DNA of 64,000 nt from a virus, in IMG/VR virus record IMGVR_UViG_3300009370_000018, positions 4,396 to 68,395 of that record; one strand, given 5' to 3'. Below, piece by piece: positions 32,501 through 41,164 of the stretch. The notes beneath the pieces are model-generated. The model made no database searches. It was given only the letters and a program-made list of their open reading frames with translations, and was not told where the DNA came from. A program made the translations under genes and the position numbers. The stretch's first letter is position 1, and the number at the start of each line of letters is the position of its first letter.

Positions 32501-35500
32501 CTACATTGCAAACACATTAGGCACAGGTATACCAGATCATGTATCAGCGCCAGACCATTGGTGGAACCCTGCTCCGAACAATGCAATTGGTAGAATGTAT
32601 CTTGAGAGCTATTCAGCAGGGGTGAGTGGGCAGTTTGCAGTTGGATCAAACTGGTGGCCCAGAGGATACTCTACGTTTGATGCTCCTGCGTCAGACTATT
32701 CTAATAATACATTTACCATAGGGGAGTTTGCATATCCATTTAGAGTGGCGGATTCTACTACACCACGACTTACTGATGTGGATATTGTTGATGATGGAGA
32801 ATCGCCCATTGGTGGAAATAATAAGGTTCTTCGTCTGAAGAAAGCTAAGGCTGCCGCAGTTCTATATAAGTCTTCCCAAACGTCTGGTACTTATCATAGT
32901 GATCCGACAGTTATAATTCCAAAGGGAAAGAAGTGGATTCTTTCTTGGTACGCCAAGATTGATACTGTTTATCCCGACACACTAAACTCTGGTGTCTTTG
33001 TTATACCAGCAAATTCGTCAGGGCTTCAAGGAGGAAAAACTACTTTTGCAAGTAAAGAACACCCCTTAGACGATGGCGACTCTACTTATTACCTCAATAC
33101 AACTGATTGGGAACGAAAATGGGTCAATATTGACCTAAGAACAGAAGCCAATACGTTATGGCAGCATGGTGATGGAACACATCGATGGTATTATGCTAAG
33201 GGCAGTGGCGCTGGCGAAGTGAACATGACAGCCAATCTTCAATTGATTAGTGCAAATACAATAGATCGATTAATTCTTCGGATAGATGCTGGCGGTTGGA
33301 ATGATTCAACTAATGAAAATATTGTCGGTAATACTGTTTACTATACTGGCTTTCAATTAGAAGAAGTCCCGGCTGATAGATCTACCCCAACAGATTTTAA
33401 AGACCCCTCTGATGCATCTGCGGTTGTCTTTGGCAGACAGATCACAGACGGAAAGATCGTCACGCACTATAGCCCAGACTTTGACAACGGAGCCTATGGT
33501 CCGCAGCCCAATACCACACCAACTGGTTTGCCAAACCCAGAGCCTCATGGCGACTTCTGGATCAACACATCCAATGGTAACATGATCTTCAGGTATCACC
33601 AGAATGATGACAACAACAGCGCACAGACTGCCAACTATGCATACTTCCCGGTGCTGTCAGGCGATGATTATTCTGGTTGGTATACAGGACAAGATACACA
33701 AATAATCTACAATCTTTCAAATACACAACAGCAATGGCTTGACATCGCCAACACATTGGCCCAGACTGCATTTGCACAGAGCAGAATCGACAATGACATT
33801 GCTGCATACTTCTATCCATCGGGCACTAGTATAAGTGGTATAACTTTTGCTACTGATGGTGTTTCTGGTGCGGCTGAATTTGGAGACATTTGGATCGATA
33901 CAGGTGGCACTCATATGCTGGCCAACGGAACATTAGGTGCCGCGGCCATTCATAGGTCTCAAAATGGAACGAGTGGGGGTGGTGGCGATTTAGTTGATAC
34001 ACTATACTGGAGGCAGGCTGCCGGTAATCAACTCGGCCGCGTTTATCTAGAAACTTGGGCCACAAAGAACTCGGTAGACAGACAGACAATAACCGTCTTT
34101 AGTAACTCGTTTGGCGAGACTGCACACGGTACGCATGGTCCAAATACATGGTTCACACCAGACGGTGTTCTTAATCCTTATCCACATGGAGATTTCTGGC
34201 TGAACACAAGAAACGATGGGCCAGATGGCGCATCGAATAATCAACTGTTTATATATCTGACAAATTCTACCTGGAGTGCTGATCAGACTGAATCATTGAT
34301 TAATTCATCTAAGAAAAAGGCATGGGCCCAGACAATTCTTTCTGGAGTCTTTACGCCTGGTGATAGTCAGACTGGTTGGTGGGATGCAACAGATTCGCGT
34401 GTCAATACGGCACTTGTCATTGCCGAAGGGGCTCAGTCTACACTTTCTACAGATGTTTTTGGTCCTGGTGGTCTGAGCGCACAGACAATTTGGGCTCTTC
34501 AAAATACGGTATTCAATAGAACCGAAGCAGATAATGATAGAGTCATTTTGTATTATTCCTATGGGGCTTCGTCGCCCAGCCCTTCTTATAATTTCCAGAC
34601 ATCTATTAGTAGTAGTGGGGCTCCAGATTTTCCTGATGCCCAGGCTTCGTTTGGCGACATCTGGATTAATACATCAGGATTGAATCAAAATGCAGATGGA
34701 TCTCTTCACACAAATGCAATTCATAGGGCTCAAAATAGCACAAGTGGTGCCGCCGGATCTTTAGGATGGTATCGAACACCAACTAATCAGTTGGGCTTGG
34801 TTTATCTTGATGCATTTTTGACAAGAAATGTTGCAGATAGAAAAGTTGCTATTTTTGTGAGTAGAGGGTTCACAGCAGGCGATGATGCTCCAACTAGATT
34901 CGACGGAACTGGAGATTTGGTAACTACGTTGGGTTACTTTGGTCCTAATGTGGCGTACACAGACATTGATGATCAAGAGATTTTTAATCCAAATCCGGAT
35001 GGTGACCTGTGGTATGACACTACAATTCCAACAGGAACTAGTAGTCCTCGTAATGTTCTGTATGTCTATAAGACAAACGCTGCTTTCCATATTGGAGAGA
35101 ATATACACGACTATACGAACCAGGGAGTTTGGGCCCAGACAGTTCATCGAGATACTGTATTTGATTCTACGAAACCAACTGGTTGGTATGATGTAACAGA
35201 CACTCGATTAAGCTCGGCAGGGATTGCAGCAGACCGAGAGATCATTTCATTCTTCCAGACATCTAGGGCCGGCCAGCCAACTGGATCAGGAAATGGTGAT
35301 ATTTGGATTGTGACAGATTGGGTAAACGGTGGAGCGAACACTGGAGCGATTTATCGTTTTGATACTCGCGTTGGTCCTGGTTGGACTGGTCCAACTGTCT
35401 TTGGAGGAGTTAGTGGTACAACTAATCAATGGGTGTTGGCCGAGGAAAATGCTCTTGGTCTGATGTATCTCAGTTCATATGCTGCTGGAACAACTTTGGG

Positions 35501-38042
35501 TTTAAATATTTTACCGGCACCCTATTCAGATTTTAGTGCACCAAAAGATGATTATGCATTTAGTTCGGTGTCTGCTGGTGATGTAGTTTCCGGAACAGGA
35601 GTTCCGTATCCTATTTGGAACAAAAATATAACACGACTTGTCATGAATCTTAATAGTGATGTAGGGTTCACTACTAGGGGCGCTTCTATTGAAGCTACTA
35701 TGACACCCACTAATCTGGCGTGGCCCACTGAAGAGTTTTCATTCAGTAATAATCAATTGAGTAGTGATGCCACTTCTAGAGTGACAGATTGGACGGCTCC
35801 GAATTCTCCTCCTGGTTCACCCTTTATTGTAAATATTCCTAAGGGGAAGCGTTGGATCTTTTCTTATTATGCAAGGTCAAATAATTATCTTAAAGCGCAC
35901 ACTAGATGCGATTTAAGGATTAAAGATTCCACGCAACCCACTTCTAATACGTTCTTCATTCATGATGGAAATCCTTTCAATTCTGGATCATCTGGGGGCT
36001 TTTCTGCAAATAATGAATGGAATCGAAGATGGGTTATTTTTGATCTATCTAATACGACACACATTATGTACGGGAATAAAGACGACGAAGGGGACCAGCA
36101 GGCGCGCGTAGTACAAAGTTATAATCAGGGTGTATCTTATCCCGCAGATGGGAATTTTACTTTTAATCCAAATTCAATTAGTTTTAAAGAATTTCCAAAG
36201 AATGATTCTCCTAATTCTACAGGTGCTGCTGGAGCACATACATATCCTGCAAATGTAGATCAGATTATGATAGGATTTACACTATCAAATACTTCTAGTT
36301 ATTGGTTTGAGGCTGGAGGTGATCCGGCATCGCATGGAATTGGGAGTTCCTCTGATCCCGCAGATGGACAGGCACTTGATTCCCCTGTTTCAGTCTTCTA
36401 TGATGGCCTTCAGTTAGAAGAAGTTGCTCTTGATGTTTATGAACCGACGCCATTTAAGGAACCATCTGGTTCATTTGGTGCTTCTTTTGGCCGCGTAATC
36501 GCCGATGGAAAGGTAGTGGCCCACTTTGCAGATGGAATAGAGGACGATACCGGCGCTGGAATATATTTGTCAGATAGGCTTGGTCCTCCGCCGAACACAA
36601 CTCCAGCAGGACTTCCTAATCCTGATCCTAATGGTGACATGTGGATTGATACTGCAAATGGCCATGCCGTATACCAATACTATGCAAATAGTGTCTATGG
36701 AACTGGGCTCCCGGGAGACATTGCAGACACCATAGATTCACAGAGAGTTTTTTATGTCAGGCCTCCTCTAGCCGGTGAACGCGATAACGTCTATGTTGGT
36801 TGGATTTCAACACAGGATACAGGCATCGCCGCTGCAAACCTGGCTGCATATGAAGGAATTGCGCGAGGCGAATGGGCCCAAACTAATCTTAGTACAGTAT
36901 TTACGGTTCCGTATCCTCCTGATGATATTCCAACGGCATATAAGGCAAATGACATATGGTTCAATACATCAGATCCAAACGACTTTCTTGATGGAGCCGG
37001 AGTTCCGACACATGCCGGGCACTATTCTAATGCACTAACCTATGGAATGAATAGACAGTACAGAGCATTTGCGGCAGAGGTCGATCATATTGGACCTGAG
37101 GGATGGATAGAAGCCAGAGACAATGCCACCTTGTTTAGTTTGGCTGGGGATGATCCCTTTGACCTGAATCCCTTCTTTGCCAAGTGGGGTAATCGTGTAG
37201 GAACAGTTGCCGATGGAGCTCCTGATGGTTGGGTTTTTAGTCAGCATCTTGGTACCGGAGAAATTGTTGCAAATAATACAATATATCAATCAGGAGATGC
37301 AGATAATAGACTTAGTGTGCAAATTACAGGTGGTGGAGAAAGTAGATATATCTATCGGACAATTAGATTCCCAACTCCTCTCTTTGCAAATAGTTTTATT
37401 ACAGGTGCCTATGTGGGAATGGTTGGTTCGGGAGATGGACAGGGATATAATACTGGCGTCGGCGGGCTTGTTATTACTGTAGAGCATCAGCCAGCAGGGG
37501 GAGGTACAGTTAGAACAGATGACTTCCAGGCGTCACTCGGAAATAACTTTTCGGGGGGTTCTAGTAGTTGGGAAGTTGTTCCGTTTAGGGCCACCACAGA
37601 TCAAGTGTTTGGAGGTCCAGGTGGATCAAGAGAAATCACGGCGGTCACCTTTCATTTAGGGGTATTTGCAAACTCTTCTGAACATACAGGTGGTAGTGGC
37701 GAGGACATGAAACAAGGAGCCACCACAGTAAACTTTGATCAAATTTATTTTGACATTTTACATCCATTCTTGCGACTAGACGCAAATGGATCTATCAAGG
37801 GTACATATCTAGAAGATGCGACTATTACGACTGCAAAGATAGGCGACCTTCAGGTTACAAATGAGCTACTTGCTGCTGATATTGATGCAAGTAAGATTAC
37901 CACAGGAACCTTACAGGTAGGCACCACGGTGTCAATAGGTGGGCATTTCAATTCTGCAATAGGAGTCCAGGCTGCCGCAGAGACTGCAAAGATTGTCATT
38001 GATGGAGTTAATGGACGAATTATTATTAGAGATTCAAATTAA
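23574..38042 (+). CDS. Giant repetitive tail-fibre/adhesin-like protein (4822 aa)
   Basis: Many GD[IL]WI[DN]T repeats, CBM-like PxGK[KR]W..LEEV domains, a LamG-like domain, and C-terminal ATITTAKIGDL..IDASKITTGTL. Confidence 0.8.
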   Translation: MGKLVLDIDVEGRGFQSSNNTPSNGMYFKTGYQPDYPEYSNSVMMYISNKRRIGIKTQNPRADFHVDGTILAKSIITEGFGSEPSVQVVDNELFVQDGPDCGGTIPTSVYPGDIWIDTCADESGFPKIYTAAIGGASIIATGHWVLGESSGLISSDVNIFVQTEAPTATNIGDIWFDSDNFYFAYRAISLGTDGWEPADDLNAEFGDNFTTIVVTLTGAMADSEIIGYFNDEDPSKGFIRGRVGAHTNASFGDVWIDTSAHNKLPSGELKTNAINRWQNSTGGFINSSAVTVVEGELYGQGLAWRYAPSDATGQVYLETYLTRNIADRKSVTYYTNSYTTTTGAADGGGVYGPNVASTPTGQDNFNPQYDTWVDITPIGDEEGIPEFNPYIYLVNSSFDYTYSDSLAAANAWARHIYPGGGFDFDTSGTGWWNIRDTGILRVNSAFQTLNGYFTGLEGEFASLSGDFSSLEAQLDAGAFTIPFADKEVLLFIGDFTKDFGTAGNKRPDASSNNDVWIVTDYLLNPDGSANSNSIFVSTANTTAGAGHEHETDPLEYDEGGVTINHHWTQSPNNAVGGVFLDLYARGTLGEFDRGVNIMPRGYSMWDANPNEYKFDSFDETTPYQIQVRQDVLTPALGLVNTTFGAVSLGSLQLSSGGVAGEGDAEEAYATLANTGGSTTKAIIRKGPPAVTLRIPEGKKWIFSYYAYSNSTADVSVLPNHELVIYLDDTNNPTSNIVYFDNYHLADFTARNTWERFEYVIDLSNTHIHANASSYTDLSPRPWGVVGEKITYEATPPSDPLIAPTHARLSNLNSMTIRLDNNSFGGPGNTIWFDGLQLEEVGPYMTTASNFKEPGDHASLLFGRALTDGKIVVHSSPEFDEGDEAYPGGPTVYGPEPHLTPRDRRPNPEPHGDLWINTSNNDIIFRYHQNAINNTAQTAYYSYESNLTQASNSGWYSTQDERFGLFFANIVTLNAQIYDALANVDSLRTVADHDIITFFVPEDGSLFGNTQSNPSANFGDIWINTSDYNANLTHGGLAPNAVFRYQNGTSITTAPDLLWARSSPPVGSAGTLAWHHAPEDSFGKLYLSTTFNRNVADQKSVTYFEDGTTSGVPTSQYSGPNVAVTPLGVLNLNPKDDLWFDTGNGYVLHVYKANNTFADEYSGISLAVGNRYWDRTRRAGVWETDGTSPSGWYDVQDTRIGTIAADLAGNALSVGYALANSVDAKAIADHEIISHYAYEGGNFIAQSAPGSTGAGFTIPAGYGDIWINQSHWNTQGDGSLSANAILRFQNSSGGSMNTVGGVSTGATSNLSWNFAPNNAVGRVFLDAYLARNIADRKTVVFYAPNTGSPGAYFGPNPNTTPSGLNNPNPEGDLWIDTGGIPSSNKLYVYKTNGSFLIGQYVEPTLPMDAKAWSQTTYSGTIWDVGGSSPTGWYDAQDSEIADLRANVGNILNRVGIVESQGDREILAFFQDLGDATEIPDASGNNDVWIQTDYAVQIPSGAPNTAAIYISNSSASIALSGGEYWSDGGDVNTKRFFTDPGAVNGIHYWIPSPYNAIGLFYLEAYSAGIRGQFYRGPNIIPRGYSMWDANENDYLIYNNGGVGDTLDSVTPYQLFNYEGGLSVNTTFGAPDVPGTSSIEYTNIRSGTYNATLFANTNEYDSKQVYSNNYPGIISLPRGKRWVFSHYATSNSIDTPVSSLPDTRFYLYFSDIDDPGANVVQWAVGTSDFTTGLSNNTWQRFEYVVDLSNTSPSAVPSNTLDESVKGITTTSDLSTQLPSYHESRVANLNSMMIRLDVIGRTGNTIWVDGISMQEVANDISTAGPFREPGEHATIVFGRQITDGKVVAFYSPQIGDKGPVANVTPTGLPNPEPHGDFWINTSNLNMLFVYNQVGTNTSAHTANYSYYDTDEYDTITESGWYLSQDRQIGYSYANLVTQAQNVEHLFANVNFQRGLIDRDRVIFFEAHPGGVGDSEYSDGDFVRDGASAGSGAQFGDIWINIHPDNQHANGSLLANAIHRYANGSGGASTTPPHGDSLRWEFAPDDAIGKIYLETWYTRNTADRKTAIFYESNTFSGGRYYGPNVYFTQGAIVNPNPDGDLWIDTGGANRLYVYRTNTSFVVGSHPKDGGWAQTTHNSSATGAGGNFDPTRSDARGRGGWWDIQGFDSTEIEESILLNAWEAANALANAQFAQQLVANTQAIIDGEIISFYAPHDGGDFDPGEDHPTAKYGDIWIDTHPNNHLANGALDPAAIYRYSNSEGGSSTPSLTAPTNLGWYQAPNNAIGKVFLDSWKSQNTADSKVVTYIQAGTPLGTVPALYGPNPANTPSGAYNPNPENDLWIDTQDNYRIYRYQVIGSDVTTNTAYQTPNTTHSGWADVRDARIGDFPFSESRKAHLSMTEWAIEDVSHLEGGSSEELVLYDDSGNRNHARQSLSYSSNFTGDTNDFVATTIKGISTKALNRVNSSTMGWPPETSAAGKYYKDLALLDHDAIRNANQQSYAIWFKPSGLAQRHDWRIITRDQNEYWSLNIGGNTTHLYGGSETPHDYFFPSDGSYVNAIIKGSVESTPGAGAVGTDGRKRENILKYNTWNFIAFTLDYKGDNEVGNSVWYFANEDDGWENANVFYYSLDKDASANLSYSGDWGEDRGRGVGLQNNESPGAGADLAETGGGYAAPGHYAEFKYFDTYLSQSSIKKLYDFPFGVEDTSRNMLQTVRSQAIADGEIISFYAPESSPGGGFVRGETHPTANFGDIWIDTSESNANLTHGGLVVDAINRYQNTSFGPSQSEGILVWEAAPTNAVGKVFLDAALARNVADQKTVAYYIGNDAVGTTGYGPNVAVTPSDVLNPNPDRDLWIDTYGGNRLYIYLTNSEFSSVYVNPDSGTDKSAWAQTIHSGIFALDGSSFSGWWDVQDTELRDLIRVNEWSAANALADAANAQSSADHEILAFFEPEAAVGPDATGNGDIWIFTGYPVDLDGTPNIASIYIANTLGTGIPDHVSAPDHWWNPAPNNAIGRMYLESYSAGVSGQFAVGSNWWPRGYSTFDAPASDYSNNTFTIGEFAYPFRVADSTTPRLTDVDIVDDGESPIGGNNKVLRLKKAKAAAVLYKSSQTSGTYHSDPTVIIPKGKKWILSWYAKIDTVYPDTLNSGVFVIPANSSGLQGGKTTFASKEHPLDDGDSTYYLNTTDWERKWVNIDLRTEANTLWQHGDGTHRWYYAKGSGAGEVNMTANLQLISANTIDRLILRIDAGGWNDSTNENIVGNTVYYTGFQLEEVPADRSTPTDFKDPSDASAVVFGRQITDGKIVTHYSPDFDNGAYGPQPNTTPTGLPNPEPHGDFWINTSNGNMIFRYHQNDDNNSAQTANYAYFPVLSGDDYSGWYTGQDTQIIYNLSNTQQQWLDIANTLAQTAFAQSRIDNDIAAYFYPSGTSISGITFATDGVSGAAEFGDIWIDTGGTHMLANGTLGAAAIHRSQNGTSGGGGDLVDTLYWRQAAGNQLGRVYLETWATKNSVDRQTITVFSNSFGETAHGTHGPNTWFTPDGVLNPYPHGDFWLNTRNDGPDGASNNQLFIYLTNSTWSADQTESLINSSKKKAWAQTILSGVFTPGDSQTGWWDATDSRVNTALVIAEGAQSTLSTDVFGPGGLSAQTIWALQNTVFNRTEADNDRVILYYSYGASSPSPSYNFQTSISSSGAPDFPDAQASFGDIWINTSGLNQNADGSLHTNAIHRAQNSTSGAAGSLGWYRTPTNQLGLVYLDAFLTRNVADRKVAIFVSRGFTAGDDAPTRFDGTGDLVTTLGYFGPNVAYTDIDDQEIFNPNPDGDLWYDTTIPTGTSSPRNVLYVYKTNAAFHIGENIHDYTNQGVWAQTVHRDTVFDSTKPTGWYDVTDTRLSSAGIAADREIISFFQTSRAGQPTGSGNGDIWIVTDWVNGGANTGAIYRFDTRVGPGWTGPTVFGGVSGTTNQWVLAEENALGLMYLSSYAAGTTLGLNILPAPYSDFSAPKDDYAFSSVSAGDVVSGTGVPYPIWNKNITRLVMNLNSDVGFTTRGASIEATMTPTNLAWPTEEFSFSNNQLSSDATSRVTDWTAPNSPPGSPFIVNIPKGKRWIFSYYARSNNYLKAHTRCDLRIKDSTQPTSNTFFIHDGNPFNSGSSGGFSANNEWNRRWVIFDLSNTTHIMYGNKDDEGDQQARVVQSYNQGVSYPADGNFTFNPNSISFKEFPKNDSPNSTGAAGAHTYPANVDQIMIGFTLSNTSSYWFEAGGDPASHGIGSSSDPADGQALDSPVSVFYDGLQLEEVALDVYEPTPFKEPSGSFGASFGRVIADGKVVAHFADGIEDDTGAGIYLSDRLGPPPNTTPAGLPNPDPNGDMWIDTANGHAVYQYYANSVYGTGLPGDIADTIDSQRVFYVRPPLAGERDNVYVGWISTQDTGIAAANLAAYEGIARGEWAQTNLSTVFTVPYPPDDIPTAYKANDIWFNTSDPNDFLDGAGVPTHAGHYSNALTYGMNRQYRAFAAEVDHIGPEGWIEARDNATLFSLAGDDPFDLNPFFAKWGNRVGTVADGAPDGWVFSQHLGTGEIVANNTIYQSGDADNRLSVQITGGGESRYIYRTIRFPTPLFANSFITGAYVGMVGSGDGQGYNTGVGGLVITVEHQPAGGGTVRTDDFQASLGNNFSGGSSSWEVVPFRATTDQVFGGPGGSREITAVTFHLGVFANSSEHTGGSGEDMKQGATTVNFDQIYFDILHPFLRLDANGSIKGTYLEDATITTAKIGDLQVTNELLAADIDASKITTGTLQVGTTVSIGGHFNSAIGVQAAAETAKIVIDGVNGRIIIRDSN
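24230..36830 (+). repeat. Four degenerate intragenic super-repeats (approximate bounds)
   Basis: Recurrent order FGDIWI unit, NPNPxGDLW unit, GNxD[VI]WI unit, CBM-like domain, PNPEPHGD unit; DNA at 26286-26359 and 33531-33604 differs at about 9 of 74 nt. Confidence 0.8.
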
Positions 38043-38044
38043 TT

Positions 38045-41000
38045 ATGTCGTTTACAGATAGGATAATACTAGGTAATCATCCAGCAATAGATGATAATTC
38101 TGGGGTATGGGTTTCTAAACCCAACGTAAATGTTAGTGCCGTGGCCGGAAATACTTATTTGGCAGGGCTTTCTGATTGGTATTCATGGCATGAGGAGTTT
38201 GATTTTACAAATTTGGTTGATGGTAGCTATGTATATGAAGATGCCGAACCTTATGGATCTGGTTTTGCTACAATTCCAAATTCGTCAGGCGTGACGGACA
38301 CAAATCTTATTTCTAAAATTGCAAGACAACCCGAAGGAACATTAAAATTTACTGCTGCTCCTGGGGTTCAAAATCTCTATACAAAAAGAGCAGTTATAAA
38401 TGGGAAGCCTTCTTCTGATGATTCTATTTTAGGAGTTCATTATCCAACAGTAGAAATGAGATTGAGAAGAACCAGTGATTCTCATCCAGCACTTCCTAAT
38501 ACTAGCCTGAAACTTTATTGGACATTAATGACTATTGATGGGGAGCATGAAATAACAGGAGATGGGGATTATAGTGTAAATACTCCCACGATTGATGGAT
38601 CAACTATTAGCGATTATGCAGATATAGATACGCTATTTCCTGTTAATACATGGCGTTCTTTGGAGTGGGATTTGTCGAGTCATAATGGTTGGATTGATGC
38701 GGCTCATGCTGCACATCCTGTACCAGGAGGGGCATATTCATCTGGGGAGTATAGGGCTATTCAATTAAGGTTTGATCTTATAGACGATGATGCATATACA
38801 AACCCTGGAGCAGAGAAGAATGATATTCCTCTTTTTGAAATAGACTATGTGCGAGTAAAAAGACCTAGTATTCCTAGAAATTTTAGTCCGCATGATAATT
38901 CAAAAGATTCTATGTTCATAGACACAGATGCCGTACGCTATGGATCTGTTCATCAGTCTGGATTTGTTCAGATAGGAACAGGGCGAGCAAAGATTGATGG
39001 ATTGGCCGAAATAACAAACGGAAAAGACAGAGCCGATCCTGATGCCAGAGGAACAAATGGTTGTTATTTGGGACATGTAGAGTTTCAACCTTTGCCTTAT
39101 GTTCCTGTGGTTATTTTTCAAAGGTATGATCCTAGTTCTAATACTGTGTATCCTGCGGGAGAAAAAGAGTTTTCTTTCCTGACGACAACTGGAACTGATA
39201 CGATTCCTAGTACAGAGGTTAGAACTTTTGCATATGTTAGATCGGGTAGATCGTATTTTGAAATAACATGTCGTGGAGCACTTGCGCGCGATGGTCTGGA
39301 ATGGGCATTTAATTATGCAAATCAATATCCGCCATCGGCCGAGCTGGATAATCCAGGAGAAGTGACGTTTGCCAATACTGGGATATGGGGAACAAGAGGA
39401 GACCAATTAAGAAAGATAAGTGATAATACAGTAGTGACTACAACTCCTTCCCCAAATACAGCAGGCATATTCAGAAACGATATGTGTGATTGGGGGTTGT
39501 TTCCTTTTTCGAGATTGTTGCATGAACCTGATTGGTTAAGCGATATTAATGCATTGGGTAATGATCCTAAAGGTAATTCTTATCGTAATGAGTATTTCAT
39601 AAACGACAAACATTGGCTAGGCCTTCCTTGGGTTCCTAATGGATTTACTAAACAGCCTGTCTACGATGCCACTACTATAGGAGAAGGGGGTACGGTATTT
39701 GATGATTCTGAGATTGTAGGTGATAGTGCTGGAAAGTCTAGTACCGGAAGTGGATTGCCAAATCTTTCACTTACTGGAGATAACAAACAACCTAAGCGGG
39801 ATCTTTGGGTGAAGAGATCAAGTATGCAAAATGATTTTCGGGAATTTAGGGCTAGAGATCATGGTCCCAGAGGAAAAGGACATGATGCCGAATCTTCAAT
39901 AAACTTGGCATCAATAGGAATTACAAGCGGCGAAATGCCTGGTACTGATGTAGAATCTACAGCTTGGGAGCTTTGGGAAAGATCTAAACGTAATTCACAT
40001 CCCTATTCTATACCAGATCCTAGTTATATGCATGGCCCTATGCAAACATGGGCCGATGGGTATTCAGATATTAGGAGGTCTGGTGATTTTGTGCTGGGGG
40101 ATGGCTCTATTGTGACCCAAAACGATCCTGCGATTGTTCCTATTGGTTTTCCTGGATATGTAGATCCTCAATCTTTATCGGGGGCGTATATGTATACAGG
40201 TCCTTGGGAAATTCCCTGGAATACTCCAAGGGCTAGTACAATTAATAGTTTTTGGGGTAGCAGAGTAACACAAGGAGTGATGGGTTATTGTTCGCAGACG
40301 ATATATAACAGACATCAGGGAGTTTTGTTTTCAGGAGGGAAACATTGGATTCTTGGTGAATATGTTAGCAGTAAAGTAGGAGGAATGAGTAATACAAGTT
40401 TTTATTATAACGATGTCTACATTCCAGCCAAATTTAATTTTAACGGGTCTGATGCCGATATAGCATTTGATGATGTAGTAGATTCGTCGGTGCAACCTGC
40501 GGATATGGGAACACCTCAGGCATGGAGGCCTTCTACTCCATCTTTAGGAGAGGCGCATTATCTTCCTCGTTGGTTGTCTACTGAAGGAAATGCCTATGAA
40601 GTTGCATTTGGTAGCGATGGAAACCAATCGGCTCATGTAATGGCCATGCACGATGATATGCCACCAGAAATTTGGATGTTATCATTTGCCGATGGTGCAG
40701 TTTCAAAATGGAACACTAGTTTTAAAGATCCTACATATTCAAGGTTCGATATAAACCATGATCTATATTTTAAGGGGGAAGGTCCTTCGTATAATATTCC
40801 TGCGAGTGCCACTAATATGTTTACGCAAAAGATAGGAGCTAATACTTCGGGTGTCTGCCATCCATATGGTGTTGTTCCTTTTGATGGAACAACAAATCAA
40901 AATGAGGCGTTACATGATACGGGCGTTACAATAGATGGAACACCAAATATTTCTACCTATTTTGCCAATTACTCTGTCACGAATAATCAGTCTACATATA

Positions 41001-41164
41001 TAGGAGGGGCACCATATAAAGATGTGATTCAATACGAGGCAGATGGAACGACAACCAAACCGTTGAGCGGTCAGACCAATCCCGGCTCAGACGCCTACAA
41101 TCACGATGGGGCGCCTTGGTATAAATATTATGTCATGAGGATTCCAGCAGAGTATGTTCCTTAG
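38045..41164 (+). CDS. Putative fibre-associated virion protein, paralogue 1
   Basis: 1039 aa; N-terminus DRIILG..SGVWVSKP shared with the next two genes. Confidence 0.6.
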   Translation: MSFTDRIILGNHPAIDDNSGVWVSKPNVNVSAVAGNTYLAGLSDWYSWHEEFDFTNLVDGSYVYEDAEPYGSGFATIPNSSGVTDTNLISKIARQPEGTLKFTAAPGVQNLYTKRAVINGKPSSDDSILGVHYPTVEMRLRRTSDSHPALPNTSLKLYWTLMTIDGEHEITGDGDYSVNTPTIDGSTISDYADIDTLFPVNTWRSLEWDLSSHNGWIDAAHAAHPVPGGAYSSGEYRAIQLRFDLIDDDAYTNPGAEKNDIPLFEIDYVRVKRPSIPRNFSPHDNSKDSMFIDTDAVRYGSVHQSGFVQIGTGRAKIDGLAEITNGKDRADPDARGTNGCYLGHVEFQPLPYVPVVIFQRYDPSSNTVYPAGEKEFSFLTTTGTDTIPSTEVRTFAYVRSGRSYFEITCRGALARDGLEWAFNYANQYPPSAELDNPGEVTFANTGIWGTRGDQLRKISDNTVVTTTPSPNTAGIFRNDMCDWGLFPFSRLLHEPDWLSDINALGNDPKGNSYRNEYFINDKHWLGLPWVPNGFTKQPVYDATTIGEGGTVFDDSEIVGDSAGKSSTGSGLPNLSLTGDNKQPKRDLWVKRSSMQNDFREFRARDHGPRGKGHDAESSINLASIGITSGEMPGTDVESTAWELWERSKRNSHPYSIPDPSYMHGPMQTWADGYSDIRRSGDFVLGDGSIVTQNDPAIVPIGFPGYVDPQSLSGAYMYTGPWEIPWNTPRASTINSFWGSRVTQGVMGYCSQTIYNRHQGVLFSGGKHWILGEYVSSKVGGMSNTSFYYNDVYIPAKFNFNGSDADIAFDDVVDSSVQPADMGTPQAWRPSTPSLGEAHYLPRWLSTEGNAYEVAFGSDGNQSAHVMAMHDDMPPEIWMLSFADGAVSKWNTSFKDPTYSRFDINHDLYFKGEGPSYNIPASATNMFTQKIGANTSGVCHPYGVVPFDGTTNQNEALHDTGVTIDGTPNISTYFANYSVTNNQSTYIGGAPYKDVIQYEADGTTTKPLSGQTNPGSDAYNHDGAPWYKYYVMRIPAEYVP
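41120..41127 (+). promoter_or_regulatory. Possible late promoter within the 3' end of a CDS
   Basis: Exact TATAAATA ~60 nt upstream of the next start. Confidence 0.5.
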
